Shown piece by piece: positions 63,788-64,000 of a stretch of DNA of 64,000 bases. The notes beneath the pieces were generated by a model. The model was not told the origin of the DNA, searched no databases, and was given only the letters and a program-made list of their open reading frames with translations. Each line of letters opens with the position of its first letter. The stretch's first letter is position 1. The position numbers and the translations under genes are program-made. This DNA is from Felis catus (Eukaryota), in contig NC_058368.1 of assembly GCF_018350175.1 (NCBI RefSeq), forward strand, positions 28,832,001 to 28,896,000, in the 5' to 3' direction.

Positions 63788-64000
63788 AACCAGGCATTTC
63801 TATTGCATTTCCACACAGTATAAGTAAATGTATACATTGGTAGACATCAACATCAAGTGAGGATCAAGTGAGTATCAAGTGAGGAAAACACTTCTAAAGC
63901 AGCAGAAATAAAAACAGTTGTGCGCATTTGCAGACAGAACAGCTTCATCTATAGTGAATGTGTTTGAAAGAGTATTTGCCTAGAATTGGTTTCCTGCTTT

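Noticed and set aside
18225..63837. Many similar ORFs of the type MAQSVKRLTSAQVMIS...
   Set aside because: Can-SINE translations, not a paralogous peptide family.
56050..64000. Further VWA8 coding exon downstream
   Set aside because: I found no phase-2 exon with a VWA8-like translation by eye; the next exon is presumably beyond the window.

Overview
Mammalian genomic DNA from a carnivore, most likely a felid (about 30 Can-SINEs, four of the young SINEC_Fc type, plus felid-type L1 3' ends). The window lies inside one + strand gene, VWA8 (KIAA0564; MoxR/dynein-related AAA+ ATPase with a C-terminal VWA domain). Seven coding exons (1760-1831, 21346-21422, 45580-45655, 48005-48140, 51372-51491, 54405-54610, 55898-56049) splice with canonical GT-AG sites and consistent phases into about 280 aa covering one AAA+ module. 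The rest is intron filled with Can-SINEs, L1/L2/MIR fossils, MER21-like and MLT1-like LTRs, MER5 and Tigger2 elements, a fragmented hAT-Charlie transposase fossil and microsatellites. Most notable: (i) a stop codon built into the last exon's donor, followed by a well-formed intronic poly(A) signal, giving a short VWA-less isoform; (ii) a 690-nt five-exon symmetric cassette flanked by young inverted SINEs, a candidate circRNA with an endless ORF; (iii) a candidate 6-nt microexon or regulatory patch at about 40.3-40.4 kb; (iv) a SINE with a tandemly amplified A-box head. I found no convincing wholly new gene system. Repeat subfamily names come from recall of consensus motifs, and repeat boundaries are approximate.
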